From positions 25,094 to 89,093 of the forward strand of contig JAYSWN010000188.1 in assembly GCA_043718025.1 (NCBI GenBank): a stretch of DNA of 64,000 bases. The letters are read 5' to 3'. This DNA is from Pseudomonadota bacterium (lineage in GTDB: Bacteria; Bdellovibrionota; FAC87; UBA2466). A program made the position numbers and the translations under genes. The notes beneath the pieces are model-generated. The model saw only the letters and a program-made list of their open reading frames with translations. It was not told the origin of the DNA and did no database searches. Position 1 is the first letter of the stretch; every line of letters starts with the position of its first letter. This document shows positions 41,905-51,591 of the stretch, in pieces.

Positions 41905-44256
41905 ATGGCGTCTGAAAAAAGCTCCCCCTTTCCCGCTACCGCATTTGCAACTCCAGGCCGTCGGCTGTGGAGAGAAATTCAGCGCGTGCTCTGCCTCGCC
42001 GCCGCAGTTCACCTGCTACTAGCGTTGGTATCCTACTCGCCTGAAGATTTTTCATGGTCGACGTATTCCACCACTTTTAAAACCCACAACTGGTTGGGTC
42101 GCGCCGGTAGCGTCGTATCCGACGCTCTACTGCAAGCCTTTGGACTGAGCGCTTTTCTGTTGATATTTTTTCTGCTGAAATCCGCGTTAGAAATTCGTCC
42201 CGCCGCAAAAGAGAGCAACCCTAAACTTCGTCCACTCTTTGCCGCCCTTTTGCTCGTCGCCGTAAGTGGTTGCCTTACCATTTACCTACCGTCGACAGGC
42301 TTGCCATTTAAAATGCGCGCGGCGGGCGGCTTGGTCGGCGACGGCCTGCTTGGAGCGTTCAAATTTTTAGGCGGAACCATCGGGGCTAAGACGGCGAGCG
42401 TGGTGGTTTTTATTTTAGCATCGATACTTTACTTCGACTTCCACCCGATAACTTCCCTGCTTTCCAGATTTCCGGCGTGGAAAGAAAGTTTCAACGGCGG
42501 CTTTCTCGCTTTTTTAAGTAAAACTAAAGAGTCATTCGTAATATGGAAAAACGGGCGCGCCCAAAAGAAAAAACTGGCGCCAACGCCCATGGCCTTTCCC
42601 ATCGGGGTAAACCCTTCGCTTTTACCGGCGGCTAAATCCGAACCCACCGCTCAACACGATGACGAGCCGGTGCAAGCGCAAGAGCGGGCTTCGTTCACCG
42701 GCATTTCTCTTTCGCCAAACGAAGAGACCGACGAAGAGATTAAAAAAGCGTTGGGGCCCAAACCATCACGTAACGGAAATAAAAAGATAATTCCCCGCAA
42801 AGCCGCACCGGGAGAATTTCAACTACCTTCGCTAGATTTACTTTCAGGACGGGCCGATTCCGTTCCCAAACCGATTGACCGCAACTGGTTCGTCGACAAA
42901 GGAAACATTCTTGTCCAGAAGCTAAAAGACTTCGGCGTCGAAGGAGAGGTGGTGCACATCTCGCCGGGACCGGTCATCACCGTCTACGAATTTAAACCGG
43001 CCAGCGGCGTAAAGATTAAAGACATTGCGAATTTATCTGACGATCTGACGCTCGCCCTCTCGGTAATGTCGGTGCGCATCGTCGCGCCGATTCCGGGCAA
43101 ACCCGTGGTGGGAATTGAAATTCCCAGCCCCCACCGCGAAATGGTTTACTTCAAAGATTTAGTAAATGAGACCCGCTTCTACGATCCGGATATGAAAATA
43201 CCGCTAGTGCTTGGCCGCCTAGCCTCGGGAGAGCCGGTGGTTGCCGGCTTAGCTTCTATGCCCCACCTATTGGTGGCCGGAAGCACGGGTACGGGGAAAT
43301 CCGTTTTCATCAACACCCTGATTTGCAGCCTGCTTTACCGTTACACGCCGTCGCAGCTCAAACTCATTCTCGTCGACCCAAAAATGGTGGAGCTGGCGAG
43401 TTACGAAGGCATTCCTCATCTTATGTTGCCGGTTGTCGTCGACTCTAAAAAAGCGGCGCTGGCTCTACGCTGGACGGTCGATGAGATGGAGCGCCGCTAT
43501 TCGGCAATGCATAAGCTGCAAGTTCGTCACATCGACGCCTTTAATGAAAAGGTAACTCACACGCCCTGCACGGGGGTAGAGGGCGAGGAGCTCAGCGCTT
43601 TTCCCTATCTCGTCGTCATCATCGACGAATACGCCGATTTGATGGCCGTATCACCAAAAGATGTAGAGCTTTCGATTGCCCGCTTGGCGCAAAAAGCCCG
43701 CGCCAGCGGCATTCACTTGGTGCTCGCTACCCAACGCCCCTCGACCGATGTGGTGACGGGTACCATCAAAGCCAACTTTCCGAGCCGCATTTCGTTTCGC
43801 GTGGCCTCCAGCGTTGACGCTAAAACTATTTTAGATCGCACGGGTTCCGAACGCTTGTTAGGCAACGGCGATATGCTGCTACACTCCGCCGGATTCACCT
43901 CGCTTAAACGAATGCAGGGCGCCTACCTAAGCGATGCCGAGCTCGAACGCGTTACCAATTTCCTAAAGGCCCAGGGCGAGCCCCAATACGATGAGCGCAT
44001 CATGCGCTACCAAGATGAGTGCCTCTCCGGCGAAGAGGGCGGTGACTCGGGCGAAGAGGAAGGCGGAAACCTGTACGACCGGGCCGTTCGCCTGGTTACC
44101 GAAAAGGGTGAAGCCAGCATTTCGCTTATTCAGCGCCACTTAAAAATTGGCTACAATCGTGCGGCCAGCTTAATGGAACAGATGGAAAAAGACGGCGTGG
44201 TAGCTCCAAGCACCGGTGCCTCAAAACGTAGGCAGGTATTGGTTAACCAGATATAA
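41905..44256 (+). CDS. ftsK: DNA translocase FtsK (start revised to ATG 41905)
   Basis: N-terminal TM helices, GPVITVYE, PHLLVAGSTGTGKS, IIDEYADLM, LATQRPSTDV, gamma domain SISLIQRHLKIGYNRAA. Confidence 0.96.
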   Translation: MASEKSSPFPATAFATPGRRLWREIQRVLCLAAAVHLLLALVSYSPEDFSWSTYSTTFKTHNWLGRAGSVVSDALLQAFGLSAFLLIFFLLKSALEIRPAAKESNPKLRPLFAALLLVAVSGCLTIYLPSTGLPFKMRAAGGLVGDGLLGAFKFLGGTIGAKTASVVVFILASILYFDFHPITSLLSRFPAWKESFNGGFLAFLSKTKESFVIWKNGRAQKKKLAPTPMAFPIGVNPSLLPAAKSEPTAQHDDEPVQAQERASFTGISLSPNEETDEEIKKALGPKPSRNGNKKIIPRKAAPGEFQLPSLDLLSGRADSVPKPIDRNWFVDKGNILVQKLKDFGVEGEVVHISPGPVITVYEFKPASGVKIKDIANLSDDLTLALSVMSVRIVAPIPGKPVVGIEIPSPHREMVYFKDLVNETRFYDPDMKIPLVLGRLASGEPVVAGLASMPHLLVAGSTGTGKSVFINTLICSLLYRYTPSQLKLILVDPKMVELASYEGIPHLMLPVVVDSKKAALALRWTVDEMERRYSAMHKLQVRHIDAFNEKVTHTPCTGVEGEELSAFPYLVVIIDEYADLMAVSPKDVELSIARLAQKARASGIHLVLATQRPSTDVVTGTIKANFPSRISFRVASSVDAKTILDRTGSERLLGNGDMLLHSAGFTSLKRMQGAYLSDAELERVTNFLKAQGEPQYDERIMRYQDECLSGEEGGDSGEEEGGNLYDRAVRLVTEKGEASISLIQRHLKIGYNRAASLMEQMEKDGVVAPSTGASKRRQVLVNQI

Positions 44257-44312
44257 AAACTCACCGAAATAAAACACAATTAAACGACAGAATTGGATAT
44301 CTACCAAGTTGG

Positions 44313-45290
44313 GTGAATTCAAAATTGCTTAAACTTTTCCTCCTCTTCGCCATGGCCTCGTCGGCACTACTAAGCGCTGATTCTGCTCGCCGTTTTTCTT
44401 ACCCCACCGATTCCTCGACCCTAATGTCGGCCGAATGGCAGCGAGATTTTGTGCGCGAGCCAATCGACTACAATCTTAAAGGGCTGCCTAAACGAAAAAT
44501 TTTTTGCTTTACGCTTTTGGGAAAGATACAGACTCTCGACTTAAGGTATCTGCAAAACCATTCGAGAGCCCAGATGAACTTTTACGATTGGTATCTCGGT
44601 GATTCTCCGGTCTCTTACCCTGAGCAATTGCGCCGGCAGCACCTTGAGTCGGCGCTCGGTCAGCCGGAAGAAAAACAGCACTACGTTAATATCAGTGATC
44701 GCATATCCTACCCCAGTGACATCGCGGAGCCAGGAATTTTTCGTGCGGAATTACTAGCTAATCATGCTCCTCATTTAGGGATCGATGAGTTTCAAACCAA
44801 TATGGCGCAATGGGAGCAGCTCGAGCGACACGGCTTAAACCAAAGTGAAGCGAAGGCACAGAAGGGGGCTTACCGGCTGGTGGCTCGCGACATTGCCGAA
44901 AATTTGCAAGCTGAAATTGAGTTTAAATTAAATGGGAGAGTTTCTCGGACGGCCCCTAAAAATGAGGCGGAAACCGCTTTTCGGGAGGCGGCCGGTAAAC
45001 GCATGACCGATCTTAAGAAATGGCGAGACAAGAGCCCCGCCGAAGTGCGCGACAACCTTAACGCTTTCTTAAACGACTTGAGCGACTACTACCACACCGC
45101 CATTCAATGGATGCCATTCTCCGCGATTAACAACTCGATATTGATGGGGCACGTAAACGTGATCTTGCGTCACGCTGGCCTACGGACAATTCCGCACGAT
45201 GGTCTTGATTATCTCGCCCTGATGTCTCACTACGATGTTTTTCGCGGGGTTTTTAAAGAGGCCGTACGGCACGAAAACCCCGCGAACTAA
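44313..45290 (+). CDS. Secreted hypothetical protein with a degenerate Fic/Fido-like domain
   Basis: Signal peptide; LRRQHLES..PGIFR; YYHTAIQWMPFSAINNSILMGHVNVILRHAG, paralleling HPFxxGNGRxxRLLxNxxLxxxG. Confidence 0.55.
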   Translation: MNSKLLKLFLLFAMASSALLSADSARRFSYPTDSSTLMSAEWQRDFVREPIDYNLKGLPKRKIFCFTLLGKIQTLDLRYLQNHSRAQMNFYDWYLGDSPVSYPEQLRRQHLESALGQPEEKQHYVNISDRISYPSDIAEPGIFRAELLANHAPHLGIDEFQTNMAQWEQLERHGLNQSEAKAQKGAYRLVARDIAENLQAEIEFKLNGRVSRTAPKNEAETAFREAAGKRMTDLKKWRDKSPAEVRDNLNAFLNDLSDYYHTAIQWMPFSAINNSILMGHVNVILRHAGLRTIPHDGLDYLALMSHYDVFRGVFKEAVRHENPAN

Positions 45291-45342
45291 AACTCAACAC
45301 TAAAGATCGACGGCTTTCTAAATTCGGGCTAATACGTTCAAC

Positions 45343-46020
45343 ATGAACCCCGACAATAAACTCACCCTGGTTATCGGCGATAAAAATTTTTCTTCCTGGT
45401 CAATGAGGGCCTGGTTGGTGGCCAGTCTTTCGGGGGTTCCGTTTGAAGAGAAATTGGTTTTTTTGGACAAGCCCGAAACCAAAGAGACCCTGCGCCGCTG
45501 GTCACCGTCAGGAAAAGTGCCCAGTCTAATGGATGGCGAGCTGAGAATTTGGGATTCGCTAGCCATTGCGGAATATTTTGCGGAGTTGGCGCCCAACGTT
45601 GCGCTGTGGCCGCGCGACCCGAAAGCAAGGGCGGTGGCCCGCGCTTACGCCGCAGAAATGCACTCGAGTTTTTCTGCTCTACGAACCCACCTCTCGATGG
45701 ACATCCGCCTTAAAATGGAGATTTTGCATCTCACCTCAGACACTATTTCGGAGATCGAGCGGGTGCTTTCGTTGTGGGAATCGGCCCTCGCCAAGAGCGA
45801 AGGCCCTTTTCTCTTCGGCGAATTTGGCATTGTCGATGCGTTTTACGCTCCGGTGGTCTTTCGCTTCTTGAGCTACGGAATTCATATCACCTCGCCGGTA
45901 GTGCTTAATTACCTTAAGGCGGTTCAAAATTTTCCGGCCGTAAAACTTTGGACGGAGGCAGCCCGTAAAGAGGAACGCTGCCCTTTCGCGTTTGACGGCC
46001 ATCCGGTTGGCCAAATATGA
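45343..46020 (+). CDS. Glutathione S-transferase family protein
   Basis: IGDKNFSSWSMRAWL, SPSGKVPSL, WDSLAIAEY, AEMHSSF, FGIVDAFYAPV. Confidence 0.93.
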   Translation: MNPDNKLTLVIGDKNFSSWSMRAWLVASLSGVPFEEKLVFLDKPETKETLRRWSPSGKVPSLMDGELRIWDSLAIAEYFAELAPNVALWPRDPKARAVARAYAAEMHSSFSALRTHLSMDIRLKMEILHLTSDTISEIERVLSLWESALAKSEGPFLFGEFGIVDAFYAPVVFRFLSYGIHITSPVVLNYLKAVQNFPAVKLWTEAARKEERCPFAFDGHPVGQI

Positions 46021-46054
46021 CGCTCCGGTTTTCCCGTGGTAGTTTTGGGGCGCT

Positions 46055-46723
46055 ATGAAACTACACTCACTTCTTATTCCTTTAACCGTAATTGGCCTGA
46101 GCAACATTGCGTTGGCAGGGAAACTGAAACCGCTGAACACGGCCGCGGGATTGCCCGGCCCCATCGTCGAAAAACTGCAAAAGACGTGGGACTCGGCCAA
46201 GACCTACAAGGCAGATTTTAAGCAGATCCTTTTCCAGAAACGCATGGGAACGCGCGAAGAATCAGCGGGGACACTTTTTGTCTCTAAGCCCGGAAAACTA
46301 CGCTGGGAATCAAAGACCGACGGCCAGATTCAGATCATGAACGGTAAGCAGCTGTGGGTAATTAAGCCTAATAAGCGGCGGGGAATTCAGGTGGTCGATG
46401 TTTTCCGCGATTTGAAGAAGATTATGGACCCTAAGCCGATGGCCTTTTTATCGGGCACGGGAAAGTTCAAAGAGCTGTACCAGACAGAATTACTTAAAGA
46501 AGACAATAAGATGGCGGAAATTAGGTTTTTCCCCAAGGCCGAAACCAGCGACAGCCTTATTGCGGAAATTGACAAAGAAAGCTATGGTCTGCGGTCTTTA
46601 ACGACGGACTCGCCGGATTCGCGGGCGCGTACTGAGTTCTCTAACACCGAAGTTAACCCGACCCTTGATGAAAAACTCTTTGAGTACAAAGTACAGCCAA
46701 GCGACGTCGTGCATGAAAATTGA
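46055..46723 (+). CDS. lolA: Outer-membrane lipoprotein carrier protein
   Basis: Signal peptide, YKADFKQ, GTLFVSKPGKLRWE, C-terminal F.Y..P. Confidence 0.85.
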   Translation: MKLHSLLIPLTVIGLSNIALAGKLKPLNTAAGLPGPIVEKLQKTWDSAKTYKADFKQILFQKRMGTREESAGTLFVSKPGKLRWESKTDGQIQIMNGKQLWVIKPNKRRGIQVVDVFRDLKKIMDPKPMAFLSGTGKFKELYQTELLKEDNKMAEIRFFPKAETSDSLIAEIDKESYGLRSLTTDSPDSRARTEFSNTEVNPTLDEKLFEYKVQPSDVVHEN

Positions 46724-46735
46724 TGGAGAACCAGG

Positions 46736-47224
46736 ATGCCCTCTTTCGATATTGTAGTGAATGTAGACCTTCAAGAAGTGGATAATGCCGTAAACCAGGC
46801 GCTTAAAGAAATAAGCCAGCGCTACGACTTCAAAGGCACCAAAAGCAAAATTGAGTTTGATAAAAAGAAAGAGCTCGTGGTTACCGGTGACGATGACTTC
46901 AAGCTTAAGGCGGTTATCGACATTTTGCAGAGCAAAATGTTCAAGCGCGGTATCTCCCCTAAGAATATGGAGATGGGCAAGGTAGAGGCGGCCTTCGAAG
47001 GCACCGCCCGCCAAAAGATCACCCTCAAGATGGGCATTCCGGCCGACAAGGCCAAAGAGATCAACCGCATCATCAAAGATTCAAAAGTAAAAGTGCAGTC
47101 GTCGTTGCAAGACGAACAGGTAAGGATCACCGGTAAAAAGCGCGATGACTTGCAAGAGGCGATGGCGTTGGTGCGCAAGGCCGACCTAGACCTCGACGTG
47201 CAGTTCACCAATTTTCGGGATTAA
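46736..47224 (+). CDS. yajQ: YajQ family nucleotide/c-di-GMP-binding protein
   Basis: [41 protein letters not shown]. Confidence 0.96.
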   Translation: MPSFDIVVNVDLQEVDNAVNQALKEISQRYDFKGTKSKIEFDKKKELVVTGDDDFKLKAVIDILQSKMFKRGISPKNMEMGKVEAAFEGTARQKITLKMGIPADKAKEINRIIKDSKVKVQSSLQDEQVRITGKKRDDLQEAMALVRKADLDLDVQFTNFRD

Positions 47225-47237
47225 CAAAAAGGTTGTT

Positions 47238-48596
47238 GTGGAAGTAACGAACAGCAAAGTGGCCGCTCCCCCAAAAACGATTTTCTTTCAGAGTTTGGGC
47301 TGCGTAAAAAACCTAGTCGATACCGAAGTGATGTTGGGCATCTCGTTGGGCGATGGTTACCGAGTGGTTCGCGAGCCCGAAGAGGCCAAGGTGATTGTGA
47401 TCAACACCTGCAGTTTCATCAATGACTCCAAGCGTGAATCGATTGACGCCATTATTGAAGCGGCATCCCATAAGGAGGCCGGCACTTGCGAGCGGCTTAT
47501 CGTAGCGGGCTGCTTGCCCCAGCGATACAAAGCAGATCTTAAAGTGTCTTTTCCCGAAGTAGATGCTTTCGTAGGAACCGGCCAATACAACCAACTCTTA
47601 GATTTTATCGGTGGAAAAAAAGAAGAAGAGGCTGGTTTTAATCACCCTAAGTATATCCATTCGGAAAACACGCCGCGCATCAACACGCAGCCAAATTACC
47701 GAGCGTACCTAAAGATTTCGGAAGGCTGCATTAAGAATTGTGCCTTCTGCATTATTCCTAAAATTCGTGGCACATTAAGAAGCCGCTCGATTCCCTCGCT
47801 AGTTGAAGAGGCGACGCGACTGGTAGCGGAAGGTGCAGTGGAAATGAATTTGATCGCCCAAGATCTTACCGACTACGGCCGCGATCTTCGCGACGGTAGC
47901 AATCTGCTCAGTCTGCTAAAGGCCTTGGCGAAGATCGAAGGGCTACAATGGATTCGCATGCTGTACGTATATCCAGACGAGCTTTCTGACGAATTTATTG
48001 CGTTTATGGCCAGTGAGCCCAAGCTTTGTAAATACGTCGACATGCCGATTCAGCACATCGCCAATCGTATGCTCCATTTGATGAACCGCAAGGTGACCGG
48101 GGCGCTGATTCGCGATCGCATCAAAGCGCTTAAGTTGGCCATGCCGCAGATCACCCTGCGCACCAACGTAATTGTTGGTTACCCGGGTGAAACCGAAGCC
48201 GAATTTGCCGAGCTTAAGGCTTTTGTGCAGGAGGCCCAATTTGATTACATGGGCGTGTTTGCTTATTCGCATGAAGAGGGCACCGCGTCTTATCTGCTTC
48301 CGCAACAGCTGCCGGAAGAGCTTAAGCTTGCCCGAAAAGAAGAGCTGCTCGCGTTGCAGCAAGTGGTTTCGGCCGAGAACTTAAAGAAACGGCGCGGTCA
48401 CACCGTGCGGGTTTTGGTGGAAGAGGTTTCAGAAGAGTCTGAACACTTGTGGCGCGGCCGCTACGAAGGCCAAGCTCCAGATGTCGATGGCCACGTTTTG
48501 ATTCGGGCCGGTAGAGTCGAGCGGGGCAAGTTTGCCAACGTGAAATTAGAGCGCTCCATGGAATATGACTACATTGGTAGTTCTTTAGAGATCTGA
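47238..48596 (+). CDS. rimO: Ribosomal protein S12 methylthiotransferase
   Basis: SLGCVKNLVDTE, INTCSFI, GCLPQRY, radical-SAM EGCIKNCAFCIIP, QAPDVDG, TRAM domain. Confidence 0.95.
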   Translation: MEVTNSKVAAPPKTIFFQSLGCVKNLVDTEVMLGISLGDGYRVVREPEEAKVIVINTCSFINDSKRESIDAIIEAASHKEAGTCERLIVAGCLPQRYKADLKVSFPEVDAFVGTGQYNQLLDFIGGKKEEEAGFNHPKYIHSENTPRINTQPNYRAYLKISEGCIKNCAFCIIPKIRGTLRSRSIPSLVEEATRLVAEGAVEMNLIAQDLTDYGRDLRDGSNLLSLLKALAKIEGLQWIRMLYVYPDELSDEFIAFMASEPKLCKYVDMPIQHIANRMLHLMNRKVTGALIRDRIKALKLAMPQITLRTNVIVGYPGETEAEFAELKAFVQEAQFDYMGVFAYSHEEGTASYLLPQQLPEELKLARKEELLALQQVVSAENLKKRRGHTVRVLVEEVSEESEHLWRGRYEGQAPDVDGHVLIRAGRVERGKFANVKLERSMEYDYIGSSLEI

Positions 48597-48695
48597 GGCG
48601 GCGGTGAGGCAGTCCGCTGACAAAGATCCCCAATCCCTTCGTTCAAGGCCTCAGCGTTAACCCCTTTGCCCCCGCTCTGTTAAAATTGGCCTCCT

Positions 48696-49685
48696 ATGAT
48701 GAAACTTCTTGGAACCCTCAACTTATTGGCCGTTTTTCTCGCCACTCCCTTTTTTTTGTCAACCGCCAACGCCGCCCTGCAAGTGGCAAATGCGGCGCCC
48801 CATTCGGATTACGCCTGGCTTCCCGATTACAAGCGGCTGTTCTTGAGGGCGGGGGCCAATTTATTTAGTTCGGCCTCTAATTTCGATAATGCCGGAAACT
48901 TGGCCAACCTAACTGGCAACGCTGAGCTAACCCGTAATTATTTCTTCATTCAACCGGAGTACGGCTTGGCGCAAGACTGGTCGATGAAGGCGCAACTGGG
49001 GCTGATTTCCAGCACCGTCACTAACGGCAGTGGAGCGGCCGCCCTGTCGAGCTCGGGCTTTGGAGACATGAATTTTTCGCTGAAGTGGATGGTGAAGCCC
49101 TTCGATCCGTTGCTCAGTTTTGAAGCGGTGTTTGTGCTCCCGACGGCGCAAGCCGTGCCGGCCACTAGAACGGATGTGGCGCTGGGCGACGGCAGCTTTG
49201 ACGCCGGAATCAAGTTACACACCGCCCATGAAAGTGGGTCTTTCGCGTTGGGCTTTAGCCCAGGTTTTATTTACCGCAACAAGGGGTACTCGCCACTAGT
49301 TACCGGCGATGCTTTTGTTCAGTTTGATTTTAGGCGCGGCTACCTTCGGGGTTATGGAAATTTGGTGTTTCCACTGACCACGGTGCCGCTCTTTGATTCG
49401 AGTATTACCAAACATGACGCCAATGGATCGGCCGGCAGCTACGCCCTGCTTTCGGCCAGCCCCTTTGGTTTCAGCGCCGGCGCCAAGCTAGGCATTAAAA
49501 TCGTTGATGAGCTTTTTGTGGAAGCTTGGTTCGCGCGCTCTTTTGCGGGCCAACGTTACCCAAATTTCAATCAGTTTGGGTTTGGCCTTTTTTACGCGAT
49601 CGATTTTTTGGAAGTGCTTCCGGTCAAAAATCTACGCGAAGTGCCTTTCGATGGGGATGAGGGCAATTTCTATAAGGGAAAATAA
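48696..49685 (+). CDS. Hypothetical outer-membrane beta-barrel protein (transporter-like)
   Basis: Signal peptide, EYGLAQDWS, SGFGDMNFSLKW, LPT...LGDGSFD, amphipathic strands. Confidence 0.65.
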   Translation: MMKLLGTLNLLAVFLATPFFLSTANAALQVANAAPHSDYAWLPDYKRLFLRAGANLFSSASNFDNAGNLANLTGNAELTRNYFFIQPEYGLAQDWSMKAQLGLISSTVTNGSGAAALSSSGFGDMNFSLKWMVKPFDPLLSFEAVFVLPTAQAVPATRTDVALGDGSFDAGIKLHTAHESGSFALGFSPGFIYRNKGYSPLVTGDAFVQFDFRRGYLRGYGNLVFPLTTVPLFDSSITKHDANGSAGSYALLSASPFGFSAGAKLGIKIVDELFVEAWFARSFAGQRYPNFNQFGFGLFYAIDFLEVLPVKNLREVPFDGDEGNFYKGK

Positions 49686-49686
49686 A

Positions 49687-51591
49687 TTACTTTGCCGGCG
49701 TTTCACGGCGCAGAGTGGTGACTTCGCCGTTTGAAATAGGACCATTGTAGGCCTTGCCGCCATTAGTGCGGCGGCCCATTTTCATTTTCTTTAAGTAGTC
49801 GGCGTTGAGCGAGCTTGCCTCGCCCTCCAGAAACACGCGCGGCCGTTTCGAAGCCACGAGCGCCGCCGCGGCTTCGGCTTCGACTTCGGATTTCGTTTTC
49901 TTGTTAAGGTAACTCGAGTCTAAATTATTTCCCGCGGCCCCACCGCTGCCTTTGCCGACGGCATTGAGTTGACTGGCCGAAATGGAAGTGTCGACTTTGT
50001 TGGCTTTGTCGTCGTATTCGGTGCGGGCACCGCCAGCGCCGCCGACCGAAGCCGGGCCACGTCCCGCGCCAACTTTCACCACTTCACTCGCGCCGCCGGC
50101 GGCGCCGTTTGCCGAATCAGCTTGAGAGGTAACATCGCCTGCAGCCCCGCCACCGTCGGAAGAGGCTGCGTAACCGCCCCCGATTGTCTTAGCGCCCGAG
50201 CCGCCAGCGTTAGAAGCAGCACCTGCGTCCGGCGCACCAAAACCACCGGGTGGTTTTTTATGACCGGCGCCGCCCGTAGCGACGTCGACAGATCCGGAGC
50301 CAGCCCCCGAAGCCGATGAACCAAAAGATTTTGCACCAGCCGCGCCGGAGCCCGATGCTGCCGCGCCACCAGATTCACTTCCGCTTGCGGATCCGCTGTC
50401 GCCAGACTTGCTGGCTTGCCCACCGGCACCGGGGCTTGCGGGCGGCGTGAAGATAGGTTTACCTAAATCAAACATGCGTTCGGAGTCGCCTTTAACGATG
50501 TAGGTCTCTTGCCCTGAGTTGTACTTCCAGCGCCCGTCGTTGGAGAGGCTTCTATTGCGCAATTCATTGCAACCAAAGTCATTGAGCCCATCGGATTTAG
50601 CCAGACCGGCGGCGCTGGCGTCGCCTTCATTCCAGCTACCTAGACCAAGGCCCGCACCGGCGCCGTAGGGAAGACCGGTGATCTGGCGAAAAATAGTGGT
50701 GGCCAATGCTTGCGGCGTGTTGCGTCCCACGATTCCAGAACCGGTGGGATTTACTTCGGCTCCACGGCCAGTCATTCGATAGCGCTGTTTATAAACTTCA
50801 CCGGGATTGTAAGTGAGATCTTCGCAAGTATCGCGATCGTTGGCGCCGGCTCCGCACATTTTAGCGGCCTGCGCCGGATTACCCGTAACGGTGGCCGAGG
50901 CCACGCGATTTACCCCTTGCGACCCCATGCCCTGAATCGCATTGCACGACTGACGCGCTTGCGCATTGATGGCCTGCGGACTGCCCGGAGTTGATTTTAC
51001 GTAGAAGGGAAACACCACCAAGTTAACCCCACACTTGGCCGCCATGTCCACCGCGCCTTTGACCATCGCGTTGCCGTTACCCACCGAGGGAGAGAGAAAA
51101 ATGCAGGCCGGAAACCAGCGATCGTACGCTTCGATTTTACCCGGTTTATTTTGCGGCCCCCCGCCGCCACTTAAATCGCCCGCACTGTTTGGCCCTTTTC
51201 CGGGCCCTTCGCCTTTTGCGGCGTTGTCATCGTAGGTTGTAGACTGCGTGCCAGTTCCGCCGCCAGAATTGCTGGCGCCGCCGCCGGCACCACTTCCACC
51301 GGCAGAATCGCCGGCCGTATTTGAATTTGATGAGGTGGAAAATTGTTTAAGTAAATTGCCGATGCGCCCGCCCGCCGATGCGCCCGCCGGATTGAGGATT
51401 GGGTTTCCGTTTTGGTCCAACGCCGTTGAAATGCGGCCGCCGGGGTTAACTAGTTTAAGATTGCTCCGCTTAATTTTGCTCTGGAACTTGGCGCCATTTT
51501 TGGTCGGCACCGCTTTTACCACTGCCGCCTGAGCCGAATCATAAAATCCGATCGAAAAAAGAGTTACGGTAATGAGCATGAGTGGCTTCAT
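49687..51591 (-). CDS. Secreted Gly/Ser-rich protein B with a Cys-rich domain paralogous to protein A but lacking the metal-binding motif
   Basis: Signal peptide ending AQA; CGVNLVVFP and NDGRWKY....ETYIV shared with the upstream gene; TGATG overlap at 51589-51593. Confidence 0.8.
   Translation of the reverse strand: MKPLMLITVTLFSIGFYDSAQAAVVKAVPTKNGAKFQSKIKRSNLKLVNPGGRISTALDQNGNPILNPAGASAGGRIGNLLKQFSTSSNSNTAGDSAGGSGAGGGASNSGGGTGTQSTTYDDNAAKGEGPGKGPNSAGDLSGGGGPQNKPGKIEAYDRWFPACIFLSPSVGNGNAMVKGAVDMAAKCGVNLVVFPFYVKSTPGSPQAINAQARQSCNAIQGMGSQGVNRVASATVTGNPAQAAKMCGAGANDRDTCEDLTYNPGEVYKQRYRMTGRGAEVNPTGSGIVGRNTPQALATTIFRQITGLPYGAGAGLGLGSWNEGDASAAGLAKSDGLNDFGCNELRNRSLSNDGRWKYNSGQETYIVKGDSERMFDLGKPIFTPPASPGAGGQASKSGDSGSASGSESGGAAASGSGAAGAKSFGSSASGAGSGSVDVATGGAGHKKPPGGFGAPDAGAASNAGGSGAKTIGGGYAASSDGGGAAGDVTSQADSANGAAGGASEVVKVGAGRGPASVGGAGGARTEYDDKANKVDTSISASQLNAVGKGSGGAAGNNLDSSYLNKKTKSEVEAEAAAALVASKRPRVFLEGEASSLNADYLKKMKMGRRTNGGKAYNGPISNGEVTTLRRETPAK

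Noticed and set aside
48696-49685. Beta-barrel as the dedicated exporter of the A-B pair
   Set aside because: It is convergent with its own promoter signal and shows no POTRA/TpsB features; adjacency is the only support.
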